From an uncultured Dehalococcoidia bacterium (GTDB lineage Bacteria; Chloroflexota; Dehalococcoidia; Lucifugimonadales; CAJWER01): a stretch of 64,000 nucleotides of DNA. The stretch's first letter is position 1. Each line of letters opens with the position of its first letter. Under the pieces are notes generated by a model. That model made no database searches, was not told the origin of the DNA, and saw only the letters and a program-made list of their open reading frames with translations. A program made the position numbers and the translations under genes. Positions 17,900 to 27,116 of this stretch are shown in pieces. The stretch is taken from positions 1,902,943 through 1,966,942 of the forward strand of contig OY282442.1 in the NCBI GenBank assembly GCA_958296115.1, read 5' to 3'.

Positions 17900-18949
17900 A
17901 TGAGAAGCAGGGCCGCCATCCAGACAGGCCCCGACCAGCCCCTAATGGTTGACGAGCTCGAGATCCCCGACCCGGAGCCGCGCCAGGTCATCGTCAAGAT
18001 GCTTTCCAGCGGCGTATGCCACTCCCAGCTCCACCAGATGCACAACCCCGATCAGGACCGCCCGATGGTGTTCGGGCACGAGGGCGTCGGCATCGTTACA
18101 AGCGTCGGCAGGGACGTAACGCACCTCCGTGAAGGCGACCACGCCATCGTCACCTGGGTTCCCAGGACTCCCATCCGCGGCCGCCCGACGCCCGTGCCCT
18201 GCGGCGCAACGTACCGCGAAGAGCTCGTACACGGCCTGGTCTTCACCTGGGCGGAGGACGCACTCGTCAAGGGCGACCTCGTGGTGCCCATCTCCAAGGA
18301 GCATCCCACAGACGTAACGTCCATCGTCGGATGCGCCATCCTCACCGGCGCGGGCGCGGTACTCAACACTGCCCGCGTGCGGCCCGCAGACTCCGTAGCG
18401 GTGTACGGCGTCGGCGGAGTGGGCCTTTCCGCCATCAAGATGGCTTCCATCCTCGAAGCCCACCCGATAATCGCCGTGGACATCAAGGAGGACAAGCTCG
18501 ACTTCGCCAGGGAGTTCGGCGCTACGCACACCGTCAACGCATCCCAGCAGGACCCCGTCGAAGCCATCGTCGAGATCACCAACGGCGGCGCAGATTACGC
18601 TTTCGACGCGATCGGCCTCCGCGTCACCAACGAGCAGATTCTACCCTCAACCCGCGGCGGCGGCCCAGGCGCGGACAACCACGGCGGCGTGGCTGTGCTA
18701 ATCGGTATGCCCGCCATGGAGATGACGATAGACCCCGGCCTGTTCATGTACCACCAGCGCCAGTACCGCGGCAGCCTGGGGGCGACCTACCCGGAAAAGG
18801 ACTTCCACACCTTCCTCCGATGGCACCAGGAAGGCAAGTTTCCCATCGACAAGCTCGTTACGCGCCGATACACCCTCGACGACATCAACCAAGCCTGCGA
18901 CGACCTGGAATCAGGCCAAATCCTGGGCCGCGCCATAATCGAGCTCTGA
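17900..18949 (+). CDS. zinc-dependent alcohol dehydrogenase (MDR family)
   Basis: It shows GVCHSQLH, GHEGVGIV, and the Rossmann motif VYGVGGVGLSAI. Confidence 0.85.
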   Translation: MRSRAAIQTGPDQPLMVDELEIPDPEPRQVIVKMLSSGVCHSQLHQMHNPDQDRPMVFGHEGVGIVTSVGRDVTHLREGDHAIVTWVPRTPIRGRPTPVPCGATYREELVHGLVFTWAEDALVKGDLVVPISKEHPTDVTSIVGCAILTGAGAVLNTARVRPADSVAVYGVGGVGLSAIKMASILEAHPIIAVDIKEDKLDFAREFGATHTVNASQQDPVEAIVEITNGGADYAFDAIGLRVTNEQILPSTRGGGPGADNHGGVAVLIGMPAMEMTIDPGLFMYHQRQYRGSLGATYPEKDFHTFLRWHQEGKFPIDKLVTRRYTLDDINQACDDLESGQILGRAIIEL

Positions 18950-18986
18950 CCACGGGTTGAGCGCGCCCCCCCAAGACGAGTTGGCG

Positions 18987-21900
18987 CTACATCTCGCCGA
19001 GGCGTAGGATGCGCTGGACGGATAGTCGGTGGATCAGCCAGATTATGCCGAAGGTTATGAGGGCGAAGACGGCGAGCATGAATCCGTAGGTCATCATCAG
19101 CGCGCCCCAGTTGACTTCGAGGACGAATGGTGGGAGCACCTGTCCGCCCCAATCGTCGTGGCCGAGGAAGGGCATGATGATTGCGCCGAGGCGTCCTCCC
19201 ATCCAGGTTCCGAGCGCCATGCCTGCGGCGATGACGAGGGTCTGCTCGAGCCATACCATGGTCATCAGCTGGCCCGACGACAGGCCAACGGTGCGCAGCA
19301 ACGCGAACTGGAGCTGGCGGTTCCTGAACGAGACGTAGGCGTGGACGAGGAAGCCGATGCAGCTCAGTATGAGGACCGAGCCGAAGGCGATGAAGAGCAG
19401 GGAGCGCCATCCTGCCTTGACCAAGGGATCGACTTTCGATTCGGCCAAGCGCTGATTGCGGTCCAGCACGGCGGAGCTCGTGAAGCCTCTCACGCCTCCG
19501 GCCTCCTCTGCCGTCGGGGGGCTGCCGTCCGCCGCCGCCATCCAGACCTCGTTGGCGTTGAGCGAGCGGAAGGTCGAGCCCATGTTGGCGTAGTGTCTGA
19601 GGCTGGTCAGGTCGACTACGAGGAAGCGCTCGTTGGGCGTGGTCATGGTTGGGAAGAGCTCGACCGTGTCTTGGACGCGGACCGGCACTCTGTAGCCTCC
19701 GACGCTCACATCGAACTCGTCGCCCATGGCATGGCCCGAATCGCGCATGAAGGACCTGCTGGCGAGGGCGGCGATTGGCTCTCTGCCGGAGCCGTAGAAT
19801 ATGCCGCGTGACGACAGGGCGCGCCCGGCGCCCCAAGAGAATAGGACGGACCCCGAATCGCCGCTGAACCTCACCCCCGATTCCTTCAGGATGTCGGCCA
19901 CTGCATCGGAGCTGACCTTCAGGACGCTCCATCTGGCCGGGTCGTCGAATGGCTCGACGACGACCGTTTCACCGCTGCGAGTTACTACGGATACCTGGTC
20001 GATGATGATGGAGCCTGCCTGGAGTCGCCGCTCCGGGTCCGTCTCCTCGATTCTGAGGGAGATGAGGGTCAGGGGCAGTACGGGCGATATGTAGGTCTCC
20101 GCTCCTGTTCTGAGGTCGGTCTCCATCTCCTGCCACTCGCTTGTGTCGAGGTGTCCCAGATGGTAGGTCAGGTAGCGCTCCTTGGCGTTCTTGGCGCGGA
20201 CCGTGATCCTGACGGAGGGATGGGGCCGGTCGCCCTTCAGCCTCACCGTCAAGGAGACCGCGTCGGCGGGCAGGGTGATGCCGCCGGGCGCCGCGTCTGG
20301 CTCCAGAGACCCCAGTAGGTCGGCCATTGGCCTGTCCGCGAAGTCGTCCCTGAACCAGGCGACCTCGGTGAACGAGGTGTGGTCCATGGCCAGCATCGTG
20401 AAGCTCTGGCCGAAGAACTTCGAGAGGTCGCTGCCCCTGTTCCTGAATACGGGGCTTGCCACCTCGACGCCCTCGACGCCGCCGTATGCTTCTTCGATGG
20501 TCGCCCTTGGGGTGGGGGCTATGACCGGGACGGGGGTGGGAGTGGGCGTGCGTCCGAAGCGTCGGAAGGTCCGGCGGGTGGCGATGTACTCGCGTACTCC
20601 ATCGACCCTGACGTCGCTCCCTGTCAGGTAGAGCACGCGCTCCTCGAATGAGCGCTCCAGGGTTGCGCCGAAGCTGGAGGCGAAGATGCCGAGACCTGCG
20701 GTGAGGATGAGCAGCAGGGAGAGCCTGGCGTAGTGCGCGGGATTGCGCGCCATCTGCCACACTCCCAGGACCGGGCCTGCCGGGAGCCACGCGGATAAGA
20801 GACGGCTCCCCAGCCGCATCGCCAGTGGGAAGAGCCTCAGGAGCACCATCGCAGAGGCGACCAGCATGAGGCCCGGCAGGGCTAGGAGAAGCTGGTTAAC
20901 GGCCAGGTCTCCGAATAGCTGGGTCGCGACTACCGATCCCTGCTCGGTCAACTGCCTGAACAGGAAGATGCTCACCAGGAGCAGGACCACGTCGAGGTAG
21001 TAGCGTTGGAAAGCCGGCTGTCCGGACGGCCGGGCGGCCTGCTGGCGCTGCCTCGTAACGCTGATGCGGGACGCCTGTACGGCTGGCACGAAGAGGGCGA
21101 TAAAGCTCAGAGCGCCGCCTAACGCGCTCATCCCGTAGGCCAAGGGGGATATGGACGTACCCAGCCTCGCGCCGCCGGTGAGGTCCGAGAAGGCCGGGGT
21201 GTAGCCCAGAAAGCTGATGCTGAGGGCGGCGAGCAACGGCCCAACCGCGACGGCTACCCCGGCGATGGTCGCGCCCTCGAGCACGAACACGGTGAGGATC
21301 TGGGCGGAGTTGGCCCCTCGGCTCCTCAGCAGGGCGACCTCGCCGCGCCTCTCCTCGACGGTCAGGGAGGCCAGGGTCGCCACGTAGTAGAGTATGACGA
21401 TGGCTATCAGTATCAGGACTACGAACATGGGGAGCTTGCTGAAGAAGAGGCGGCGGTCGTACTCGCGGAGCGCGCTGTCCAGCGCAGTATCTTGGCGGTA
21501 GGTCGCGAGGGTGGCGGCCATGACGCTGTGCATGGCCTCCGTGTCGAACAGGGCCTGGGCGGCGTTGTTTGCGTTGATCCGGCTGCCGTCCACCGAGAGG
21601 AGCCAGGCGTAGGTGCTGTCCATCCTGGGGAATGCCGGGCCCAGCACGTCGAAATATGCGGCCTCGGAGACGTGGAACGGGGCGGTGCGGAACGTAGGCC
21701 CTGTCGCCGCGTTCAACACGGCGTCCTCCAGGTGCCAGAACTCCGCGCCGGGGTCGTTGCGCTCGAAGACGCCGGAGACCACGACGGTGACGCTCGCGGT
21801 CGTGTCGTCCCAGTGCGGCACGGCGGCGAGCCTGTCGGCCACGCCTACACCGAATAGCTGGGCGGCGTCCTGGGGAATCACGGCCTCGATCTCCAGTGGC

Positions 21901-22385
21901 TGGCCGGGATTGTTCAGGGCGTCGTCTCTGGGTAGCCGGCCTGCCAGCAGGGTAGTGTGCTCGCCGAGCTCCGGGAGGTGGGCGAAGTATGCCCGCGCGT
22001 CGTCGTCGCCGGCCGCGGCCTCCTGACCCGGCTGGGTGAGGAAGAAGGTCGGCGACTTGCTCGCGGTGAACTCGTCGCGCACCATCCACTGGACCCGGCT
22101 CGCTATGACCGAGTTTGCGAGCCCTGCGACGCGGGCTCGCTCTCGCCTCTCGGTGGGGCCCTTCTGCCCCTGGACCAGGATGTCGATCTCACGCTGGCTC
22201 AGCTTGTCGAGGGTAACGCGCAGGGCCACCTCGCGCAGCGCGTCGAAATATACGACGGTGCCCGCCATTATCCCGGATGCGAGGAGCACGCCCAGGACCA
22301 CCGACGACAGCAGGCGCCAGCTCGCAAGGCTCCGCTTGAAGACCAGCTGCCAAGCTGACGCCAGCTTCGGTATGAATCCGTTCAT
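18987..22385 (-). CDS. large FtsX-domain ABC transporter permease (two FtsX modules plus big extracytoplasmic domains)
   Basis: 1132 aa. FtsX-like segments LRSRGANSAQILTVFVLEGATIAG... and LLRTVGLSSGQLMTMVWLEQTLVIAAG... each sit in 4-TM bundles. Confidence 0.8.
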   Translation of the reverse strand: MNGFIPKLASAWQLVFKRSLASWRLLSSVVLGVLLASGIMAGTVVYFDALREVALRVTLDKLSQREIDILVQGQKGPTERRERARVAGLANSVIASRVQWMVRDEFTASKSPTFFLTQPGQEAAAGDDDARAYFAHLPELGEHTTLLAGRLPRDDALNNPGQPLEIEAVIPQDAAQLFGVGVADRLAAVPHWDDTTASVTVVVSGVFERNDPGAEFWHLEDAVLNAATGPTFRTAPFHVSEAAYFDVLGPAFPRMDSTYAWLLSVDGSRINANNAAQALFDTEAMHSVMAATLATYRQDTALDSALREYDRRLFFSKLPMFVVLILIAIVILYYVATLASLTVEERRGEVALLRSRGANSAQILTVFVLEGATIAGVAVAVGPLLAALSISFLGYTPAFSDLTGGARLGTSISPLAYGMSALGGALSFIALFVPAVQASRISVTRQRQQAARPSGQPAFQRYYLDVVLLLVSIFLFRQLTEQGSVVATQLFGDLAVNQLLLALPGLMLVASAMVLLRLFPLAMRLGSRLLSAWLPAGPVLGVWQMARNPAHYARLSLLLILTAGLGIFASSFGATLERSFEERVLYLTGSDVRVDGVREYIATRRTFRRFGRTPTPTPVPVIAPTPRATIEEAYGGVEGVEVASPVFRNRGSDLSKFFGQSFTMLAMDHTSFTEVAWFRDDFADRPMADLLGSLEPDAAPGGITLPADAVSLTVRLKGDRPHPSVRITVRAKNAKERYLTYHLGHLDTSEWQEMETDLRTGAETYISPVLPLTLISLRIEETDPERRLQAGSIIIDQVSVVTRSGETVVVEPFDDPARWSVLKVSSDAVADILKESGVRFSGDSGSVLFSWGAGRALSSRGIFYGSGREPIAALASRSFMRDSGHAMGDEFDVSVGGYRVPVRVQDTVELFPTMTTPNERFLVVDLTSLRHYANMGSTFRSLNANEVWMAAADGSPPTAEEAGGVRGFTSSAVLDRNQRLAESKVDPLVKAGWRSLLFIAFGSVLILSCIGFLVHAYVSFRNRQLQFALLRTVGLSSGQLMTMVWLEQTLVIAAGMALGTWMGGRLGAIIMPFLGHDDWGGQVLPPFVLEVNWGALMMTYGFMLAVFALITFGIIWLIHRLSVQRILRLGEM

Positions 22386-22460
22386 ATCAGCATCCTCGTT
22401 CTCTCATACGCATGATACGACACATCCGATTCACAAGCATCAACGCCGCGTTATGCATGG

Positions 22461-25400
22461 TTACGTCTCTCCCAGCCGCGCAATCGCCTGGAGGTCCAGG
22501 TTTCCGACCGACCTAGAAAGCGCGAAGAGCAGGCCCAAGAATATCGCTGCCATGGCCGCGTACGCCGGGGCCATCAGCATCCAGTCGGTGATGAGCAGGA
22601 ACGGGGGCATCACTTCGGCTCCGTCCTCCGTCACTGCCAGGTAGCCGACCATCATTCGGCTCATGAGGAATCCGGCCCACGTCCCTATTCCCAGCCCGAT
22701 CGCCACCACTGCGAGGTGCTCGAACGCGAGCATCGCGTTGCGCTGCAGCCTCGACAGCCCCATCGACTCGAGGAAGCCGACCTCGCCCCGGCTGCGGCGG
22801 TTGAACAGGAGCAGGTACGATGCGTAGGAGAACGTCGCCGCCAGCAGCACGACCGCCAATGAGAGCAGGACCATCGCCTTCCACCCGGCGCCCGCGAGGG
22901 GGTCGGCGCGAACGTCTTCGAGCCGGTCGTCCCTGTCATAGACGCGGGCGGTGAACCGCACAAGGCCGCTGATCTCTTCGACTGGGTCCGGCCCGTCGGC
23001 CTTGCTGATGAAGAACTCGTTTGGGTTGACGGCATAGGAGGAGCCGAGCACATTCAGGTGACCGAGCACATTGTCGAGATCCACCAACATGAAGCCGCCC
23101 CGGCCCAAGGTAGGGAAGTTCGCTATCATCTCGACGACCTCGACGGGGACGAGGAGGCCGGTTACCTGGGCGTTCAGTACGTCTCCTACTTCGATGCCGA
23201 GCGCGTCGGCGAGGGGAGCGCTGACGACTGCGGGGACTGCGCCGGCGCTGGGCAGTCGGTATATTCCGCGGATGTTGTTCACGGACTCCCGCCCGAACTC
23301 GTAGCGGGCGGAGCGGGAGCCGCTACGCGATTTGTCGGAGACAGATTCGGCGATGTCCCTCAACAGAGGCTCGCCCACTATCGGCAGCCACGTCATCGGG
23401 CCCTCGAACCCCTCCAAGAGGACGGCCTCGCCGGACTCTCCTGCGGCGTGGATGTCGTCTATGTGGATCTCGCCGGCCGTGTTGAGGTTGCCCTGTCCGG
23501 GCTCCGATAGGTGAATTGCGACAAGCTCTATGGGGCCCTTCAGGCGGTCGGGAATATCCGCCGACAGGAGATGCCAGCGCTGTTCCTCGCCGACCTTGCC
23601 GAGGGAGAGGCCGGTCAGCGCGCCGGAGCCGTCCTTGATCTGCGCCCATATGGAGAGGCTTCGGAAATAGACCTCGGTCCTGACCCAGGCGCCGATGGTC
23701 TTGGCGTTATCAGGCAGGGTGATGGGCGAAAGGCGCTCAGGGCCGATCAGCTCTCCCATGACGGCGGTGAGCGGCCTGTCGGAAAAGTCGGGCCTGTACC
23801 ACGCCAGGCGCGCGAACTCGCCCGGCTCGATTCCCAGCAGCTCGAACCCCAGGGGGCCGATGCTGCCGTTAGTCCTGTATGCGCGAGTGAGCGAGCCGAC
23901 GCCCGGCAGCGCCTCTATGTCGCTCTCCAGGCCCGAGAGCCCGCCGCGCCTGCTGGCCCTGACGTCTGCGACGTGTACATCAGAGGCCAGGTCGTAGAAG
24001 ATGCGCTCGCGCTGGCTCCGCTCCAGGGTTCCGCCTACGGTGGTCGCCAGCAGCGCCAGGCCGGTGGCGAGCACGAGGAGCAGCACGACCCATGTGTATT
24101 GGGTTGGGCTGCGCGCCATGCGCCAGACGGCGACCGACATCCATACCGGCGCTGCCCTGGCTAGGCGCGCCAGGCTCACGAACAGCAGCTGAGCGGCGAC
24201 GACCACTGCCAGCGCGGCGAAGGCCGTGTACAGGAATCCGCCAGACTCGGCCGGCGCCAGCGTGAACATCCCAAGCACGGCAGCAGCCTGGACCAGGAGG
24301 GCCGCGGCCCTTACGCCCAGCCGTCTCGCCGCGTGCGTTACCACGTAGGCGAGGCCGAAGGCTAGGGCTCCCGATATCGTCACTGCGTGCTGCGCCGCAA
24401 GCTCGCCCCACCCCACCCATAGGGTTGCCCCCACTATTGCGGCTACGGATGCGCCGGACGCGAAGTGTACGAGGGCGTCGGACTCTCCCGCGAGGAACCT
24501 TACGACCATGGGAAAGAGCCGCATGAAGAGCAGGGCGACTACTACGAGGAAGGCGATAGGGGCTAGGAGCAGCGTCTCGTTGACTTCGAGGTCTCCGAAG
24601 AGTCCTCCCGATACGAGCTGGCCCCTGGACTGGAGCTCCCAGAAGATGATGCCGCCGAACACCAGCACCACCACGTCCAGGTAGTAGCGGTGAAAGAAGG
24701 ACAGCGCGGGCGGCCTTGCGGACTGCAGCCGCTCCAACACGACGCCTCCCTTCGCGCCCAGCAGGCCCGCGGCTACGAAGATGGCAAGGCACAGAAGCCC
24801 CGCGGCGGCGGCCAGGATGAGTGGGTCGAAGCTGAGGACGATCGGCAGCATCCCCCGTCCGGTAATCTCGGTGAAATAGGGCAGCCATCCCGCAAGCGAG
24901 ACCGCCCCGGCGGCTATGGCTGGCCCCGCAACGATGGCGGCAATCACCATCGCGCCGCCTTCGAGCAGGTAGAGGCGTGCGAGTCTTGGGAGGCCCGCGC
25001 CGCGCGAGCGCAGCACGGAGGCGTCCCGCTCGCGGCTCCGCGCCAAGTATCCCACGGCTGTTGCCAGGTAGAATAGGATGGTGACGCCCATGAGCGCCAG
25101 CAGGAGCAGCAGGGGCACCCTTGTGAAGAAGCTTCTGCGCTCGATGGTCTCGATGGGAGAGAGCACGGCGCGGGCCGTCACCAGGGATTCGGGGACCTTC
25201 TCGGCTATGAGGGTCTGCAACTCCTCGAACCGCCCGCGCGCCTCGGAGATTGACCATTGGGTGAGCCGCTCGCCGTCTATGAACGAGAACCAGGTTGGCC
25301 GGACGACGCTCGACGGGTACACGCTCCCAACGACGTCCACCATCGCAGACCGAGTTACCAGCAGGGCGACAGGGGGCTCCTCCTCGTCTGGATTTGCCAC

Positions 25401-26108
25401 GGCGATACCTTCGGGCGGCGCCTCGACCAGCGGGGCAGGGTCCAGCAGGACTCCGGCGAAGCCCCAGTAGTCGCTCGATGGGTCGTCCGGCTCGATGACT
25501 CCGGTTATGGTGACGCGCAGGCGCCGCTCGATCCTGAGATCCGGCGTGAGCTCCAGGCGGTCGCCGGGGCCGAGATCGAACCTCTCGGCGGTGGATGCGC
25601 TGATAACGGCCTCCAGCGCGCCGGGCTCGTCGGAGCCGGCAGGCGGAGCGCCCGCCATTCTGCCCGATAGGAAATGGGCATGCCGACCCAGGTTCGAGAA
25701 GTGATGCACGAACCCCCTTGCGACGACTTCGCCCGTGCCGCCTTCTTGCGGCAGGGGCCGGGCTGGCAGGCCCACCAGCGAATTCGCGCCCCTTATGTAG
25801 GTCTCGTAGCCCAGATAGGCTTCCCCGGCCTGCGCCCGGAATGTCTCGGCCACCGACTGCTCGGCGGCATCGACCGTTTCGGCGTCCAGCAGCATCGGAG
25901 AGGCGAACACGTTCACGCTCAGGTTGCCCTCTCCGGATATGCGCGCGATGGCGTTCTTGAAGGCAATCTGTTCGAGCGAGTCCAGGTAGAGCGGAGCGAT
26001 TGCGGCTACGGTGGTAGCGGCGATCATCCCGATCAGGGCGCCCGCGAGAAGCTGCCAGTCCTCGATAAGGCGCTTTGCTATCAGACGGGGTACAGAGAGT
26101 TCTTGCAT
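22461..26108 (-). CDS. large FtsX-domain ABC transporter permease (second copy)
   Basis: About 1215 aa counted from the ATG at 26108 (MQELSVPRLIAKRL...). It contains VLRSRGAGLPRLARLYLLEGGAMV... and FLESMGLSRLQRNAMLAFEHLAVV... Confidence 0.8.
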   Translation of the reverse strand: MQELSVPRLIAKRLIEDWQLLAGALIGMIAATTVAAIAPLYLDSLEQIAFKNAIARISGEGNLSVNVFASPMLLDAETVDAAEQSVAETFRAQAGEAYLGYETYIRGANSLVGLPARPLPQEGGTGEVVARGFVHHFSNLGRHAHFLSGRMAGAPPAGSDEPGALEAVISASTAERFDLGPGDRLELTPDLRIERRLRVTITGVIEPDDPSSDYWGFAGVLLDPAPLVEAPPEGIAVANPDEEEPPVALLVTRSAMVDVVGSVYPSSVVRPTWFSFIDGERLTQWSISEARGRFEELQTLIAEKVPESLVTARAVLSPIETIERRSFFTRVPLLLLLALMGVTILFYLATAVGYLARSRERDASVLRSRGAGLPRLARLYLLEGGAMVIAAIVAGPAIAAGAVSLAGWLPYFTEITGRGMLPIVLSFDPLILAAAAGLLCLAIFVAAGLLGAKGGVVLERLQSARPPALSFFHRYYLDVVVLVFGGIIFWELQSRGQLVSGGLFGDLEVNETLLLAPIAFLVVVALLFMRLFPMVVRFLAGESDALVHFASGASVAAIVGATLWVGWGELAAQHAVTISGALAFGLAYVVTHAARRLGVRAAALLVQAAAVLGMFTLAPAESGGFLYTAFAALAVVVAAQLLFVSLARLARAAPVWMSVAVWRMARSPTQYTWVVLLLVLATGLALLATTVGGTLERSQRERIFYDLASDVHVADVRASRRGGLSGLESDIEALPGVGSLTRAYRTNGSIGPLGFELLGIEPGEFARLAWYRPDFSDRPLTAVMGELIGPERLSPITLPDNAKTIGAWVRTEVYFRSLSIWAQIKDGSGALTGLSLGKVGEEQRWHLLSADIPDRLKGPIELVAIHLSEPGQGNLNTAGEIHIDDIHAAGESGEAVLLEGFEGPMTWLPIVGEPLLRDIAESVSDKSRSGSRSARYEFGRESVNNIRGIYRLPSAGAVPAVVSAPLADALGIEVGDVLNAQVTGLLVPVEVVEMIANFPTLGRGGFMLVDLDNVLGHLNVLGSSYAVNPNEFFISKADGPDPVEEISGLVRFTARVYDRDDRLEDVRADPLAGAGWKAMVLLSLAVVLLAATFSYASYLLLFNRRSRGEVGFLESMGLSRLQRNAMLAFEHLAVVAIGLGIGTWAGFLMSRMMVGYLAVTEDGAEVMPPFLLITDWMLMAPAYAAMAAIFLGLLFALSRSVGNLDLQAIARLGET

Positions 26109-26174
26109 AGAGTCGGGCCGGCGCGGTTGCCGGGCGCGTTGAGTGTATCCGCATACGCGGCCATAGTCAAAACC

Positions 26175-26240
26175 TAGGCATCCTGAATCACCCTCTCCCG
26201 TCAAGGGAGAGGGGATAAGGCGGGGAGGGCTGGGTATATT
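26175..26240. repeat. REP/MITE-like hairpin element (family 1)
   Basis: The sequence is TAGGCATCCTGAATCACCCTCTCCCGTCAAGGGAGAGGGGATAAGGCGGGG. Confidence 0.8.
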
Positions 26241-26243
26241 GGG

Positions 26244-26945
26244 TCAGTGGAAGTTGTAACGGGGATTGCGCCTGTCGGTCCAGCGCCTCGGACCGGCGCT
26301 GGGGTCATCGGTCTCTCTGGGCTGCTCCGGGGCAATGGGGCGCGCGCCCATCGCCAGCAGGTTCGAGTTGGCGGGGCTGTCCAGCGTCAGGAGCGGCTTG
26401 CCGGAGTCGGCGAGCTTGCGGGCTAGGGCCTCGGTCTTGCCGCTGGGCGCGGCGTGGGTTATGAAGACTCGGCTGGCGAGGGCTGCGACCATCTCGTTGC
26501 GCTGGGCCGCCAGCTCCATCGTCGGGCGTCGGCGGGATTCGGGGAAGGGTGAGAGGACGAGCAGTCGGCCTTGCGCGATGGGGGGCCGCCATTCGCGTGG
26601 GACGCGCATCTTCTCGACGCTGCGGGCTGGACAGACGACAACGGGCTGGCTGCCGCGGAGCAGCAGGCGCAGGCACTCCTTTTCCATCGGCGTCTGGAAT
26701 CCGCCTATGACGGGCTCCCCGGCGTCGCGCATGGCCCTGGCGAGGTCGTAGGTTTCCAGTATCAGGCTGCCGGGGCAGCGGATGGAGCAGAAGAGGGCGG
26801 TATGTTGGGCGTGCAGGGCTTCGGGGTCGCCGATGGCGTGGAAGCGGGCGTCCTCTTCGCTCGGCGCCATCAGTGTGTCGGAGCCAAGGGCAAGCGGTAT
26901 GGCGGAGGCCGCGAGATCGCCTGTTCGGGCGCGGTTGTGGTCCAT
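26244..26945 (-). CDS. short DprA/Smf-like (SLOG superfamily) protein
   Basis: It has the DprA Rossmann-core pattern: ALFCSIRCPG...AGEPVIGGFQTPMEKECLRLLLRGSQPVVVCPARS...GRLLVLSPFP...RNEMVAALASRVFITHAAPSGKT. It lacks the N-terminal SAM and C-terminal DML1 domains of full-length DprA. Confidence 0.65.
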   Translation of the reverse strand: MDHNRARTGDLAASAIPLALGSDTLMAPSEEDARFHAIGDPEALHAQHTALFCSIRCPGSLILETYDLARAMRDAGEPVIGGFQTPMEKECLRLLLRGSQPVVVCPARSVEKMRVPREWRPPIAQGRLLVLSPFPESRRRPTMELAAQRNEMVAALASRVFITHAAPSGKTEALARKLADSGKPLLTLDSPANSNLLAMGARPIAPEQPRETDDPSAGPRRWTDRRNPRYNFH

Positions 26946-27116
26946 GCCGAGAAATCTAGCACGGGCGTTCGCGTCGTGTCAAGGGGCTGCGCGGCCTTAT
27001 GAATGCGTCTGTTCTCCCGATGTCTCGAAATGCGGTTCCAGCTCCAACGTGAACTAGGGCCAACCCTTGGGGTTGCCCCTGCGTGTCCCCCGCCTGGATT
27101 TTCTTCACCAGGAGAG

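Noticed and set aside
23980-26154. 724-aa ORF (Arg/Pro/Gly-rich) in an alternative frame inside the second FtsX permease gene. Similar long shadow ORFs occur at 20896..22089, 19969..20790, 28094..29998, 36695..38089, 41327..42883, 44524..45588, 46462..47319, 51460..53670, 59238..60893 and 61600..63042.
   Set aside because: Their low-complexity Arg/Gly/Pro/Ala composition is typical of off-frame or antisense reading of GC-rich coding DNA. Each one overlaps an ORF with clear family motifs.
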